A DNA stretch of 59,866 bases, filler included, from Piptocephalis cylindrospora (taxonomy: Eukaryota): the NCBI GenBank assembly GCA_003614145.1. It is 5 parts of 5 records of this genome, joined end to end, with 100 filler letters (N's around TTAATTAATTAA, not from the genome) between each part and the next. Parts side by side here need not be neighbours in the genome. Positions count along the whole stretch, not along the records: positions 12,007 to 23,910 come from KZ987988.1; positions 24,011 to 35,903 come from KZ987989.1; 3 more parts are not named here. One strand, written 5' to 3'. Positions 23,645 to 36,003 of the stretch are shown here, in pieces. A program made the position numbers and the translations under genes. The notes under the pieces are model-generated. The model had not been told where the DNA came from. It searched no databases and saw only the letters and a program-made list of their open reading frames with translations. The number at the start of each line of letters is the position of its first letter. Position 1 is the first letter of the stretch.

Positions 23645-23910
23645 GACGAGAAAAGGACGATGCTTGAGTGGGATACTGTGTGGGCAGGATGGTGCAAGGG
23701 CAGGATGACGCGTAATTTCAACAATGAAATATGGTACAGTCGGCTTCAATTTATTGTGTGAACTGGTGTTGAAAATTTCCAACTTTAGAGTAGAAATTGA
23801 CATTGAAATTCACGGGTAAATTCGGGTGGAGTTTCGTACTTTCAAGTGTCTTTTTCTACATCCTGAAAAAAGGCCATCATCAACAACAAAATTGGCCTTG
23901 TCCATCTCCC

Positions 23911-24010
23911 NNNNNNNNNNNNNNNNNNNNNNNNNNNNNNNNNNNNNNNNNNNNTTAATTAATTAANNNNNNNNNNNNNNNNNNNNNNNNNNNNNNNNNN
24001 NNNNNNNNNN
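23911..24010. other. Artificial contig linker
   Basis: N44-TTAATTAATTAA-N44. Confidence 0.98.
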
Positions 24011-25163
24011 CCCGCCCGATACACCCGACTGTGGTCACAAAGATGAAGATAGAGATGAAGCATAGGGATTGGTGAAGAAGCCGGGGCTCCCAGTATCCCC
24101 TAGTTAACCTGTTGGCCATTTCTTCTCGGGTACACCGTCACTACATACGCAGGCCCAGACACCGTAGGGGTAAACGTCCTCTCCGCCAATCATCATCCTG
24201 ATCCGTCGGGTTGAGCCAATGACCAAGCCAGGGCAAGCCAATCCGTTGATCTGTGGAAAGAGGAAGGGTACACTGAGGGGGATGATAAGAGAGGATTGGA
24301 GAGAAGACTGGCGGTGGGCTAGCTAAACGTCATGGCTGGCATTGACAATTCAAGCTGAAGTCGGTGCTTGCTCTCTTGACGTGGTGTCTATACGTGTGTG
24401 TCTGTGTATTGGTGAGAGGACGGAGGACTATTGCTATATTGTTACATTGTTATATTGTTAGGGCATGGCCATGTGTATGTGAACGTGGATGTGTACATTA
24501 ACAAAGGTGGTGAATATGTGATCAAGGAAGGAGTAAAACATACGAGAGGAGAAGAGCGGCTGTAATCATGATCCGATCAGTCGTAGAGGGGATTATTTCA
24601 TAATCATAGCAGCAGTGGTCCTCGTAGTAGTAGTAGTAGTATCAACAACACGAATGTCAGAACGTGTGACTGACCTTGACTGCTATATACTTCCTGGAGA
24701 GTATATCGACTTAATGTAAACTAGATAAACTGCACGTCAAAGAGGGTTATTATTCATCCTCTTTTCTATCAAAATCCCCAGGACTGGGATGCTGACTAAG
24801 CCTTCTCTTGGTCTCCTAGTAGTATTATAAATCGGCCCCGCTCGGATGGGGTGGGAATGGAAGCGTTTTTGTAAGGCTGGTGTGCCTAAAAAACCCACAT
24901 ATTTTCTCTACAGTCTAGAATGGGACGTAGGTACCCAAGCCCCCTTACCTCATCCCCCTCTCCCCCCTCGGCAGCCCCGCCCGCCATAGTACAAACGTCA
25001 CTCTCCCAAACCCATGGTTTCTCACACCAAAGTACACTTAAAAGCCAGACTTGTCATCCCATCCCATCTCCTCCAGCCCCCACTCACTTGATCCTTTCAC
25101 AACCATCCTTTCTCCTTGTCATCATCATCATCATCATCATCATCATCAACACACCCTAAAAAC

Positions 25164-26564
25164 ATGTCTTCAGCTGCTGCAAAGACCATCTACGACTACC
25201 TCGTCATTGGCGGAGGCTCGGGAGGACTAGCCTCCGCGAGAAGGGCAGCCTCATACGGCTTCAAGGTCGGACTCGTCGAAGGCTCTCACCGCCTTGGAGG
25301 CACGTGTGTCAACGTGGGCTGTGTCCCCAAGAAGGTCATGTGGAACGCTGCTGCGGTCCGCGAGGCCCTCCAGGATGCCCCAGAATACGGCTACGACCTT
25401 CATTCCCAGGGCGGCCCTCCCAAGTTCAATTGGGAGATGATCAAGGAGAAGAGGGACGCATACATTCGTCGTCTCAACGGCATCTACTCCAATAACCTCG
25501 ACAAGGACTCGGTCGTGCATCTCCAGGGCCACGCCTCCCTCCTCCGTCCTGGGGTGGTCAAGGTGGGTGACCAGGAGGTCCAGGCCAAGAATATCCTTCT
25601 TGCTGTGGGCGGCAAGCCCACCTTCCCTGACCTTCCCGGGGCTGATCTGGGAATTTCTAGCGATGGCTTCTTTGAGCTGGAACACCAGCCTCGTCGTGTT
25701 GCCGTCGTTGGTGCTGGGTACATTGCCATTGAGCTTGCTGGGATCTTCAATGTCCTGGGCTCTGAAACCACCCTGATGACCCGCCACTCCCACATCCTTC
25801 GATCCTTTGATCCCATGCTTCAAGAGTCTGTCCTGACCGAAATGACCAGGAGTGGCATCCGTCATCTCCCCCATGCCCACGCCCAGTCCCTCGTCAAGAC
25901 TGCCTCTGGCGCCCTGGAGATGACCTACTCCGTTGATGGGTCCGCCGACCTCATCAAAGAGGAGTTTGACTGTGTTCTCTGGGCCATTGGCCGGCATGCC
26001 AACGTCAAGGACCTTGGTCTGGAGGCCCTGGGCGTCGAGCAGGGCCCCAATGGCATCATCAAGGTTGATGAGTGGCAGGCTACGTCCGTCCCTGGTATCT
26101 TTGCCCTAGGTGATGTCTGTGGCCATGCTGAGCTCACTCCCGTTGCCATTGCTGCCGGACGCAAGCTCTCCGACCGTCTCTTCGGCGGCCCCTCCTTCTC
26201 CACCTCCAAGCTCGATTACTCCAACATCCCCACCGTTGTCTTCTCGCACCCCACCATCGGTACCGTCGGTCTCACTGAGCCCCAGGCCCGGGAAAAGTAC
26301 GGCGATGACCAGATCAAGGTGTACAGCAGCAAGTTTGTCAATATCTACTTTGCCATGACTCAGCACAAGGGCCCCACAATCTACAAGGTCATTGTTGCGG
26401 GCACTGAAGAGAAGGTCGTTGGTATCCATCTCTTTGGTCTGGCCTCCGATGAGGTCCTCCAGGGCTTTGGAGTCGCCATCAAGATGGGCGCCACCAAGGC
26501 CGATCTTGATTCCTGTGTTGCCATCCATCCCACGGCTGCCGAGGAACTTGTCACCCTTCGTTAA
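25164..26564 (+). CDS. GLR1: Glutathione reductase
   Basis: [25 protein letters not shown] redox disulfide, [11 protein letters not shown]-terminal [13 protein letters not shown]. Confidence 0.97.
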   Translation: MSSAAAKTIYDYLVIGGGSGGLASARRAASYGFKVGLVEGSHRLGGTCVNVGCVPKKVMWNAAAVREALQDAPEYGYDLHSQGGPPKFNWEMIKEKRDAYIRRLNGIYSNNLDKDSVVHLQGHASLLRPGVVKVGDQEVQAKNILLAVGGKPTFPDLPGADLGISSDGFFELEHQPRRVAVVGAGYIAIELAGIFNVLGSETTLMTRHSHILRSFDPMLQESVLTEMTRSGIRHLPHAHAQSLVKTASGALEMTYSVDGSADLIKEEFDCVLWAIGRHANVKDLGLEALGVEQGPNGIIKVDEWQATSVPGIFALGDVCGHAELTPVAIAAGRKLSDRLFGGPSFSTSKLDYSNIPTVVFSHPTIGTVGLTEPQAREKYGDDQIKVYSSKFVNIYFAMTQHKGPTIYKVIVAGTEEKVVGIHLFGLASDEVLQGFGVAIKMGATKADLDSCVAIHPTAAEELVTLR

Positions 26565-26872
26565 ATCTCTCTCCCCCCCCTTCTTCCCTTTGTCTTCCTG
26601 CATCGAGGAGAGAGAGGAAAGAAAGGGCTAGCTCCGATGCACGGGCTATCCTAGCTTTATTCAATAGGGACGTGTGGAAAAGAAAGGGGAAAAAAGAGGA
26701 AACGTGCTGCGGACTGACATAGAATAAGAAAGGATGAGATGATTCATGATGTGCATAGATATGAGAGGGCGAGAGGGGTTTGTTCATTAGACCGACCATA
26801 GAGAATGACGATGGTAGGACATGGAGCTATTGTTGCTTTGGGCATACACAAATAACAAAAAGAGATGAGGAC

Positions 26873-27286
26873 TCATGATGGGGAGGCGAGGGCAATGAAG
26901 CCAACCCCCGCCAAAGCCTGGATGTCCCACCCAGATCGACGACGATGCCCATTCGGTCGAAGGGGAGAAGGGGGAATGTCGGACAAGGTGGCCTCGGAGA
27001 TACTCCAATTGTCTGCGATGCTCAATTCAATCGGAGGCGTAAAGCTTCGGCTTCTGGCCTGGACAAGATTGGGAAGAAAGTGGAAGAGCGGTTGGCTCGG
27101 GACATTAGAAGAAGAGCGTCGGCCAAACGGATGAAGACGAGGCAAGGACTGAGCGATCGCATGGGCCGAAGACCGACGAGTGATAGGTGTCGAGGGGGCC
27201 AGATCCGACTGGAACGTAACATTAGGTAGGGGACGACGGTCGACGCGAGGAAGGTAATGTGGGGCACATGGTAAGAAAATGGACAT
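26873..27286 (-). CDS. Hypothetical 137-aa Ser/Pro/Arg-rich protein
   Basis: ATG-initiated ORF after a pyrimidine-rich leader, convergent with GLR1; no recognisable domain. Confidence 0.35.
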   Translation of the reverse strand: MSIFLPCAPHYLPRVDRRPLPNVTFQSDLAPSTPITRRSSAHAIAQSLPRLHPFGRRSSSNVPSQPLFHFLPNLVQARSRSFTPPIELSIADNWSISEATLSDIPPSPLRPNGHRRRSGWDIQALAGVGFIALASPS

Positions 27287-27922
27287 GATGACGGGGGAGG
27301 TGTGGAAGGATGAGGGAAAGCGAGTGGGCGAGAGGGGAGAAATTACAAGGGACGGTTGGACGAGCGATGAGGTAAGGGAGATTGAAAAGACTTTAACCTA
27401 CTCTCTTTTATACCTTATTCACGAGCAGTCAAGAACCGACCAGGGAAGGAAAGGAAAACTTTCAGCCAGATGGTCTTGAGGAATGGGTTGGGACCTGACC
27501 CGCCTTCCTCCACGTGCCCATTGGTGAGCAAGTCGTCTGCTCCCTCCCCCATCCAGCTCTTATCTCTTCTTTCCCTCAGTATCCAGGGACTGGGTAACCC
27601 CCGCAACTGCCGTCATGAAGGAGGAACACTATTGGTTAATGGGGTCCCTCTACCCCACCTTGGGAGGTAGACCTCTTGACTCACATGTGGACCCTGCTGT
27701 GGGTAGTCTTTTCCGTGTCAACTCCGACGCTTAATCCCCGCTACGTACCCACTTTGATGCTGGGTGGTGTTACTGAGCGACCCCTTTTTACCAGGAGGTT
27801 CATTGATAAATACGATTCTAGTCCTTTTAGTGGGCCAATGTGGATAGGGAGAAAATTTCTGTGAAGAAATGCTTTACTATCCTGAAGGATCAATGCAAAC
27901 AAAGGAGGTCATTCATTGTGAG

Positions 27923-28278
27923 TGTAATAGCCTAAATGATTCAACCAAGTGAAGCAAGGGTCAAACGCGAACCAAGGGAGGATCAAGGAAGAAAAAAAGG
28001 GAAAAGCGAATCCCCCAGAGTGTGAGTGATTATTGTTTCGCTACCTTAAATACCTTCCCAGATTCTTCCCCGGTCGTCCTGTCTCTATAATAAGTTTTCT
28101 CAAGCATGTATCCTGTGATCAGAGCCAGAAACTTTCTGGTCATCCCCTGTACGCACCTTTTAAGTTATCTGGTACTTGCAAACACATCTACACACGCACC
28201 TATACATCTCACACTCATACCCATATCCATCTCACCACTTAGTGCTCTTCCAATGTATAGGCACTAATTGCCCCCACA
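27923..28278 (+). mobile_element. Solo LTR-like repeat, copy 1 (356 bp)
   Basis: TGT...ACA termini; shares AAATGATTCAA, CCTTAAATAC and AATTGCCCC..ACA blocks with 34157-34533 and 35415-35777; flanks not duplicated. Confidence 0.75.
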
Positions 28279-29348
28279 GATACACTAACAATGTATCTTG
28301 AGGACGAGTAAAGTAACAATATGTGCGGGCCAAATGTGCGATCGATGCGGCCATCATAAAGGCTTTGTCCTAGAAACGATGATTGCTGAACATAAACTGA
28401 AAGAAGGATCGAACAATCTCTTCAAGCCAGGTTCATTCCCTTATCATTATGCTCCGAGAGGAAAAGATCCATAGAGTACATATTTACCTCGCAAAGAATC
28501 AGGTCAAGCAACATCAATAGGGCAGCCTACGACCCTGGGCGAGTCTCATTCCCTTTATTTCTCAGGCCTTCTGCACACAAGTGGCTACTCTCAATGTGCA
28601 TACATCCGCTGCATGCCCGAGTCGTATGATAAGACCAGGTCTATTTCCAGCCGGTTCCAGCGCCTCATTAAGACCCATCATGGCTTGAATTGTTTAGAGG
28701 GACGTAATTTCCGTCTTTGTATCCCTGAAAATGAGAACATTCTCGAGCCTATTGTAGATAATAACGTCCTCAGTGATGTTGACGCGTTGAAGATTATTTG
28801 GTATGATCAACGGTCTTCTGGGTATTCCCTCTCTAAAGGAAAGGTAGTGTTGAGTATTCCATGATAGCCAAAACCATATCATTGGCTGCAAGGAAGGATC
28901 TGTTGGACCTGGAGAGCATTTACTCGACGATGCACTCACCGATGACTGACACTAAGTGTACTATGTGTCATTCCTGTAATGTCCTCAGCTCCTACACAAT
29001 GGTTGACAACCCGGAGCGAGTCGCGCGTCAAAATTACTGAACAAAGCGCCCTCCCTGCCCTGTGGTCCCATTCTGACCGAGGGGCGACTGGGATGATGAA
29101 CGTGATCCTCTGTTTCCTAAATCCACTTTCAACATATCGCTTATCCTTGGTTTAAGCGTACTGGATGGCACAGCGTGGGGACTTCTGTGAGGAGATACAC
29201 TAGTCTAGGTATAACTATCTCATTGTTTGGTTGCCGTCTGCCTCTTAAGCTCATAGTCCCTATATCTATTGATCATCAATCATTTATTCGGGCACATGTC
29301 CTAATCATCCTAAACGCTGCTCACTCACACTTCTGCCATAGAATGGCA

Positions 29349-32300
29349 TCAACGACTTAGACGAGACCAGCGCACACGATAAAGTCTGGCCTGCTCCTGA
29401 TCCACCTCGGTCCCAAGTCCCTTCTCGTAAGCCTCAGCCAGCTTGGGAAGAGCCTTATCCACCCCCATACCCCAGGATCGGTGAAGGAGTCCTAGCGCCT
29501 CCTTTGGATCTTCCACATGACACGCTAACTCATACATAGCCTCACTGTCCTGTGACTCCACCCAAGATTGCAGAAGGATGAGTATCATTTCCTTATCGCC
29601 CTCTTGGCCACGCTTCAGCAAAGCCCATACGTATGCTCGACGAGCTTGATAACAACCATGCCGTAGCGACTTTTCAAGCAGGATAACGGCCCTGGCTAGA
29701 TCTTCATCCCGATCTAGCAGCTCCTCTGCATACAGACACATCCCAGTCGGCTCCTCCAGATTTGCTGCTCCCTCAAGGTGTTCCTTAGCCTTAGTAAGAT
29801 TCACATCAGTCCATTCACCTTGAGAGTAGGCTTCGTACAAGCAGAGATGGGCTTCGCCTGAGCCTCGTACTGCAGCCCTTTCCCACAGCTCCAGCCCTGC
29901 ATCCACATTCTTCTCCACCCCCTCGCCCTTGATCATGCATCTTCCAAGAGACACTTGGGCCTCGAGATTCCCCAACATATCATCACACCACCATTTGTAC
30001 CAGAAAAAGGTGGCCAGAGTTTCTCGGCCACTGGGGATCCCCGAGACTGAGCAATCCTGGAAGACCTTGACGGCCCACTCCACGTCCTTCTTGCATCCGT
30101 ATCCTACAAGACGAAGACGCGCTAGAGCAACCCGGCACATGTCACTCCTCTTCTCAAATTTCTCATAAATTTCCGCAGCCTGCGCCCAACTCTGCTCCAC
30201 CCCTAAGCCCTCCTCGTAGAGACGTCCCTCCAAGAATGCAGCCCTTCCGTAGTTTTGTGTCCGAGCAAGATTGGATATCCGCAACGCTTCAGCACCATCT
30301 CTCTCCGTGTGAACAGTGCGGCTATGGAGGAATGCCATTACGACACACCCCTCACCGGTGAAATGACCTTTGTTCTCAAGCAAAAGGCCCATGCCCCGCT
30401 TCACATCTTGCTCTTTGCCTTCCCCGGTAATGTAGCAATAGGCTAAGGCTTGCAAGATCCGGATATCCTCTCCCATCTCTATCATTTCCCATTGCTTTAC
30501 GGCCTCCTCTCGGTCTTGAGGAACCCCAAGGCCCCAGTAGTAAATGCAGCCTAGGTAATAACGAAGGTCGGGAGCAAGGCTCTGACACGTCTTTTCCTCA
30601 TAAAGTGACTCCATAGCCCATTCGGTCCTTTTGGGTAGATGATGCAGATCCGGGTGGTCCTTTAGAGCCATGCAGTATTCGTAGGCTTTAGCATAGTCGG
30701 ATTGCCGTTCTTCTTCATCACTTGTATTGTACTGAAGGAGTGAGATGATCAGCTCTGGGTAGCATGGAAGGTAGCCTGCATCCAGACAAGCTTCCCCGTA
30801 AAACATCATGTTTTTCCGATTTTTGCGGTGACGATTAATACGCATCAAGCCGTGGGAACCAAGGATGGAACCGGCGTCAATAACTTCTTGAAAAAGTTCT
30901 TTGGCTCTCTCCTGATCCAATTCGCACTCAGCTGATGTCAAAATACGCCAAGTGTACTTAGCTTTGGCCGGGAGAAAGCCAAGTGAGTCTGCCCTCCCTA
31001 AACACTTGGTCCGCAGGACGGCTGAGGATCTCGAGGTGTCCTCCCATCTACTGGCAATTCCGTAGTAGGTGAGGGACTTGGGATCATTCTGGATGGCTGC
31101 GCGAAGAAACCAAAGGCAGTAGAGAGGTCGATTCTCCTCCAGGCCCTGCTCCCCATCCATGTACGCTTCCCCCAACCACAGCATGGAGGGGACATCCCCG
31201 GCAAAGGCCTTTTCATACTTCTCTCCAACCTCTGTGCCCCTGTGCTTGTTGTATTCCGCCTGGAGGATCTCGGTTTCCTGCATAAATTTCGTAGCATCTA
31301 TAATATCCTTCGTGTCTCTCAATTCAACTAAGGTTTCGACGATGTCGTAAATGATTAGGTCAGGTTTTGTGTCCAACACCTTGGATCTCCATTTGGTCCA
31401 GCGATCAAACCAATCATGAATCTTCTTCTCCATTGCAGCATGTTCCTTCTAAAGGCTCAGAAGGGATGTGACCAAGGCTTAGCAACCCCTTATTATTTCT
31501 CAGTAGCTACTAGACCAGAAAGGACAACTCGTCCAAGAATCTTACCTCACCAGAATAAATGATAAAGGAGGCGCATTTTGCGGACAATTGGGTCGCCTCA
31601 TCGTTAAACCGAACCAGCATACGGAGCTCTTCCTCCTCATCTTGAGCAGGACCCGAATATTCGATCATGTCCATAACTGCAAGGACACGAACACGGATAG
31701 ACGTTTCAACTTCGCTCAACGAGTCCAGAGCCTTAAGGGCGCTCTTCATGCAGTCAGTCGTGATTTCCAGGTTGGACTCACAACACAGATGGTACACGGG
31801 TTTTTCTTCCAAGTATTTTTCGATTTTCTGACGAGCCTGCCGAATCCTGGAAATAATAAAAACTGATTAATTTTCTATGCGGTAAAAAGTACGTAGTGGC
31901 ACTGCATCTTCGCTTACATGTAGATACGAGATTGACTCTTGAGATGAATCTGATGAAGAATCCAGTCCCCAAGCTGGCATTTGGACGCCATCTTGGGGAA
32001 GGCCTGGTTGATCCTTTCGATGGTTACAGGGTCTCCTATTGCAGCATTCGAATCATCCTCTGATGAAAGAGGCAAGAACTCATCCATAAACCCATCAAGA
32101 GCTTTGAGAGCAGCCGTATCAACGGCAAGGTAATTCTTCAAAGCCTCCATCAAGGCGTTACGCGAGACCCGACGACCCCATCCATTGGTACTCCAAATCC
32201 TACGTAGTCCGCGGTGACGAACATACCGGGAAAAGTTAATGAAGATACTGTCATTCTCCTCGGGGATCATCACGGTTCCTGCTCCGCTCTCCTCATCCTC

Positions 32301-32612
32301 ATCCGTATCAATATCCTCAATGACCAGGCGTTCCCTGAGTAGGTCACTGACCACTCGGGTATCCAGAGTAGAGCGGAAATATGACTTTTTCTGGATGTAA
32401 TTATGGAGGAAGTTACAGAGAAATGAGTAAGGAGATCATCTGAGTGTACATAATAAAAAGTAGGATACCTGAAGAGCCTTGAGGGTCAAACGTCTAGCCG
32501 GATTCTTCCGCAGGAGCTCTACCACCAAATGATATACAGGTAACTGAGTAAAGGTGGAGGGGGAGATGGGGAACTCCGAATCCTGGCAGAGAATATGGGC
32601 CATAGTATTCAT
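29349..32612 (-). CDS. ~1000-aa SEL1-like (HCP/TPR) repeat protein with uncharacterised N-terminal region (4 exons)
   Basis: SEL1 repeats such as YYLGCIYYWGLGVPQDREEAVKQW and GRLYEEGLGVEQSWAQA; exons 32612-32469, 32390-31918, 31846-31546 and 31448-29349 join in frame with GT-AG introns. Confidence 0.8.
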
Positions 32613-33467
32613 TTATGAAGGCTAATAGGTAGGATACACGTCGAGAAGATATTCCTTGCTACTATGTCCGCTAGCCAAAAAAATGAGTGCTAGGCATGAA
32701 TTATTTAGCCTATCCTACAAGGGGAGTGTAGCAGTTTTACTCACGATCCGTGTTATTGGGATCCAGATCATAATCGTAACCACTGATTTATCCCCCGATG
32801 GCGCTCTTGGACGGCCAGAATAATGAAAGGGACCGGCGTGTGGCCAAGTCGATCACTTACCATCTCAGTCGATGCTCCTCCATTTACCCGCTCTGAGGAG
32901 ACTACCTGGTGCCTCAATCAGACCCTATATCAAGGGAAAGGAAACAGTCTCTGGACGAGTACCCTCCAAATGCAGAAATACATGTGCTGTGAGGGCATTT
33001 TAGCGTCTCGGAGGTCCAAATGGCGGAGATAGAGCGCAAGGGCCTTGAGCTGACCTAGGGTACTAAGCGGGCTGTTCGGTAACACGAGATTGGTCCTTGA
33101 GGTGATGTGGAACCTGAAGTAGTAGAGTCGGAGATGATATAGGTTACTCCAAGGGGCTAATCTCCGGATGGCCCAGCCCAGCAGTCATCAGTATGTCCGA
33201 CTCATGATATCTATATAAGCCCTCTCCGTAGGAGTCTCGACATGTGCCCTCTTCCCATCCCCACCCCTCGTCTCTACTCCACCCTGACTACTCTCCCCTA
33301 AATGATATTTTATCTCATCATCTCTAATCTTTCCGCTCGCTTACTTTGAGGCTCTCCTTCAATTACATTGATGATCTCCCATTCTACTATCTACTTTCAC
33401 ACGACCATGGCTTTTCCCCCGCATCATCCCATCCTGCAAGGGCATCCAAAACACACTGCTTCCCCTG

Positions 33468-35184
33468 ATGCATCATCATTTTTTGGCTTTTCTCGTCCTC
33501 TTGCTTCACCAAGTCTCTCATGGACTGGTCCAGGCCGGTCCCTCTCTGATGGATCATAGTGGTCGCGCCAGTCTCGCTCATGTCCAACATTGGATCAATA
33601 CGAATGTTCCGGATGCGCGGCAGCGCCGTACCGCGAATACCCATCATATCTCCAATTCGCCTCTTTCATCTCCATCATCATCCCAGTCCTCCATGAAATC
33701 ATACTTTTCCAAGTCCAGTCATCAATCATCTGCCGCGACCGACGCGTCCGATAATCATGACGAAAATGCCTTGGACAACGTCTTGGACCGGGCCCTCGCT
33801 TTCGAGGAAATCCCCTTCCGGCCCTTGGACATCCTCATCGAAGACCGTGCTGTGGAGGCCTTTACCCAAGCCACTTCTAAACTCTCAAACCGTCGCCGAG
33901 ACCTTAAGGCCCATAAGAAATCATCTCTTTCTCGAGAGGACGTGAGCTTATATGACGCCTGGAGGGCAAAAGCCAAGGGAATTTGGCCCTCCTTAAGCTC
34001 CCTAGCGTCCCACATGGGCAGTGAGCTGCCTATGTTGATCAGAGATATTAACTTCGATGAGCCCTTTATCATCAACCGTGACCACCATCACCCACGGCAC
34101 TTTATGGCTGTTGCCGGCCTTTGCTTCAGCCTAGAAGTACATGAAATCATCCAGGGTGTGGCAACCTAAAATGATTCAATCTGAATGATTCAAACAGATG
34201 AATCAAAGATGAACAGGGACGCGAACAAACGAGGACCAACGGTGAAAAAAGGAAAGGAGAGAAACGGGAGGAAGAGCCCAAGGGTGGGATTATTCCCTTT
34301 TTCCCCTCGCCTTAAATACCTTTCCAGGTTCATCTCAGGTTGTCGCGCCCCTAGAATAAGCTTTTTCTTAAGCGTGTATCCCGTGATCCGACCACCTCAG
34401 GCTCGGGCCCCCTTCCTACGCGTCTTTTAAGCCATCTGATGCTTCCTTGCAAATACACGCCTACACACCTTACACACATTACACCTTCCGGAAGACACCG
34501 CTCTTCCGCTGTGCGGGCATCAATTGCCCCACACAGGGAGTGACCATATCGATCCTTCAACTTCAAAAGGCCCAAAGCAAAATCAAGTCATCTTTCCTAG
34601 CGGAACACTCATCTATCATTATTCGACAGAACCAACAAGTGGGCCAATTTCTTGCCAATGTACTAGCGGGGGGTCCTCGCTCCATGATGACAACCAGCGA
34701 TATTTTACATATCATGCACAAGAAAAAATTGTCTACATCCGCCCATACGGCTCTTCGAACCCTCTGGATTCTGCACTTGTTTAATGTGTTCCAGTCCATC
34801 CTGGAGACTCGAGATTGTCTTCATGCTGCGGCTCACCGGGAGCACAATGGCTGTAGTCTCTCCGTCAACCATGCGAGTGTGCAGACAGTCCAGGAGGAAA
34901 TGGAGTCAGAACTGGCTACTGGAGGGAACCACCCCTTACGGCAATCCCGGGTCACCTTGATCCATTCTATGACGATTTTATCCGACAGTTTACGGTGCAA
35001 CAATGACCCTCAAATGGTCTCTCTCTCTTTGAGCAAGCAGCTTTTCACTTTTCTACCCATCCTCCAACGTCGCCTTGTCCAGGACCTACGTGCTTATCGA
35101 CAGGAACTCTATGATTTTGCCCATGGCGTGGAGAGAGTGGCAATTGAGAAAGGAGGCCTGATGATACAACGTCTCCATGACTGA
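33468..35184 (+). pseudogene. Secreted orphan protein gene interrupted by a solo LTR (444 aa if the insertion is removed)
   Basis: Signal peptide MHHHFLAFLVLLLHQVSHGLVQA, Ser-rich linker; removing 34157-34538 joins ...EIIQG/VTISILQ... into one 1335-nt ORF. Confidence 0.8.
34157..34533 (+). mobile_element. Solo LTR, copy 2 (377 bp) with 5-bp target-site duplication CAGGG
   Basis: CAGGG|TGTGGCAAC...TTGCCCCACA|CAGGG: TG...CA ends, short terminal inverted repeat, perfect TSD. Confidence 0.88.
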
Positions 35185-35414
35185 TGCTCTGGGAGAACGG
35201 GGGAGGGTGAAAGAGAGCACATCCCCTCTTTACAAGGCGGGGAAATAGACTGCAACTTTCTATGCCAGTTGGCCTTTATTTGATTGCATTGAAATCTTGT
35301 CATCTACATTGCAAAAATGGTGTAAACTAGTTTATACCCACTCCTATACCTACGCCCTTGTATGCGCAGTGCCAGATGGATGAATGTCTACAATCACTTA
35401 CTTAAAATCCTCAT

Positions 35415-35777
35415 TGTGGGGGCAATTGATAGCCGCATATCGGAAGAACGACCTCTTGGAGGATATGAAGATATGAAGATGGGTGTGAGTGTGAAATGTA
35501 TATATGTTTGTAAGGGGACACTGAACTTAAAAACGCATATAAGAGATGATCTGAGCCAGGAGCGCTCTGGTCACAGGATGCATGCTTGGGAAAGCATTCT
35601 AGGAATGCACCGGTCTGGAATGAATATGGGGATGTATTTAAGGTGATGAGAAAAAGGGATCTCTCCCACTCTGGGGCTCGTCCTTCTGTTCTTCCTTTTC
35701 CTTTCTTTCCCCCTTCATCCTCCCTTGGTTCGCCTTTGATTCTTGATTCACTTAGTTGAATCATTTATGTTGCCATA
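35415..35777 (-). mobile_element. Solo LTR-like repeat, copy 3 (363 bp, inverted)
   Basis: Reverse strand TATGGCAACATAAATGATTCAA...CCTTAAATAC...AATTGCCCCCACA aligns with copies 1 and 2. Confidence 0.8.
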
Positions 35778-35903
35778 AGGATCATGGGTACTGCGGCTAG
35801 GGCTTGTCAACCCACATAGGGTCCAGTCCTCATAGAATCCAAAGCCACATTCACTTTACTTCCGACCACGATAAAGTCGATCAGGCGCGTCAACTCCGCC
35901 CAG

Positions 35904-36003
35904 NNNNNNNNNNNNNNNNNNNNNNNNNNNNNNNNNNNNNNNNNNNNTTAATTAATTAANNNNNNNNNNNNNNNNNNNNNNNNNNNNNNNNNNNNNNNNN
36001 NNN
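35904..36003. other. Artificial contig linker
   Basis: N44-TTAATTAATTAA-N44. Confidence 0.98.

Noticed and set aside
24793..24799. Yap1-like TGACTAA site upstream of GLR1
   Set aside because: Biologically plausible, but a single 7-mer cannot be distinguished from chance
22890..26564. Apparent glutathione cluster (GST-zeta next to glutathione reductase)
   Set aside because: The two genes are on different contigs separated by an artificial linker
28279..29000. Possible decayed gene or retroelement interior after LTR copy 1
   Set aside because: Only short ORFs; no PBS, gag, RT or integrase motif that I can recognise
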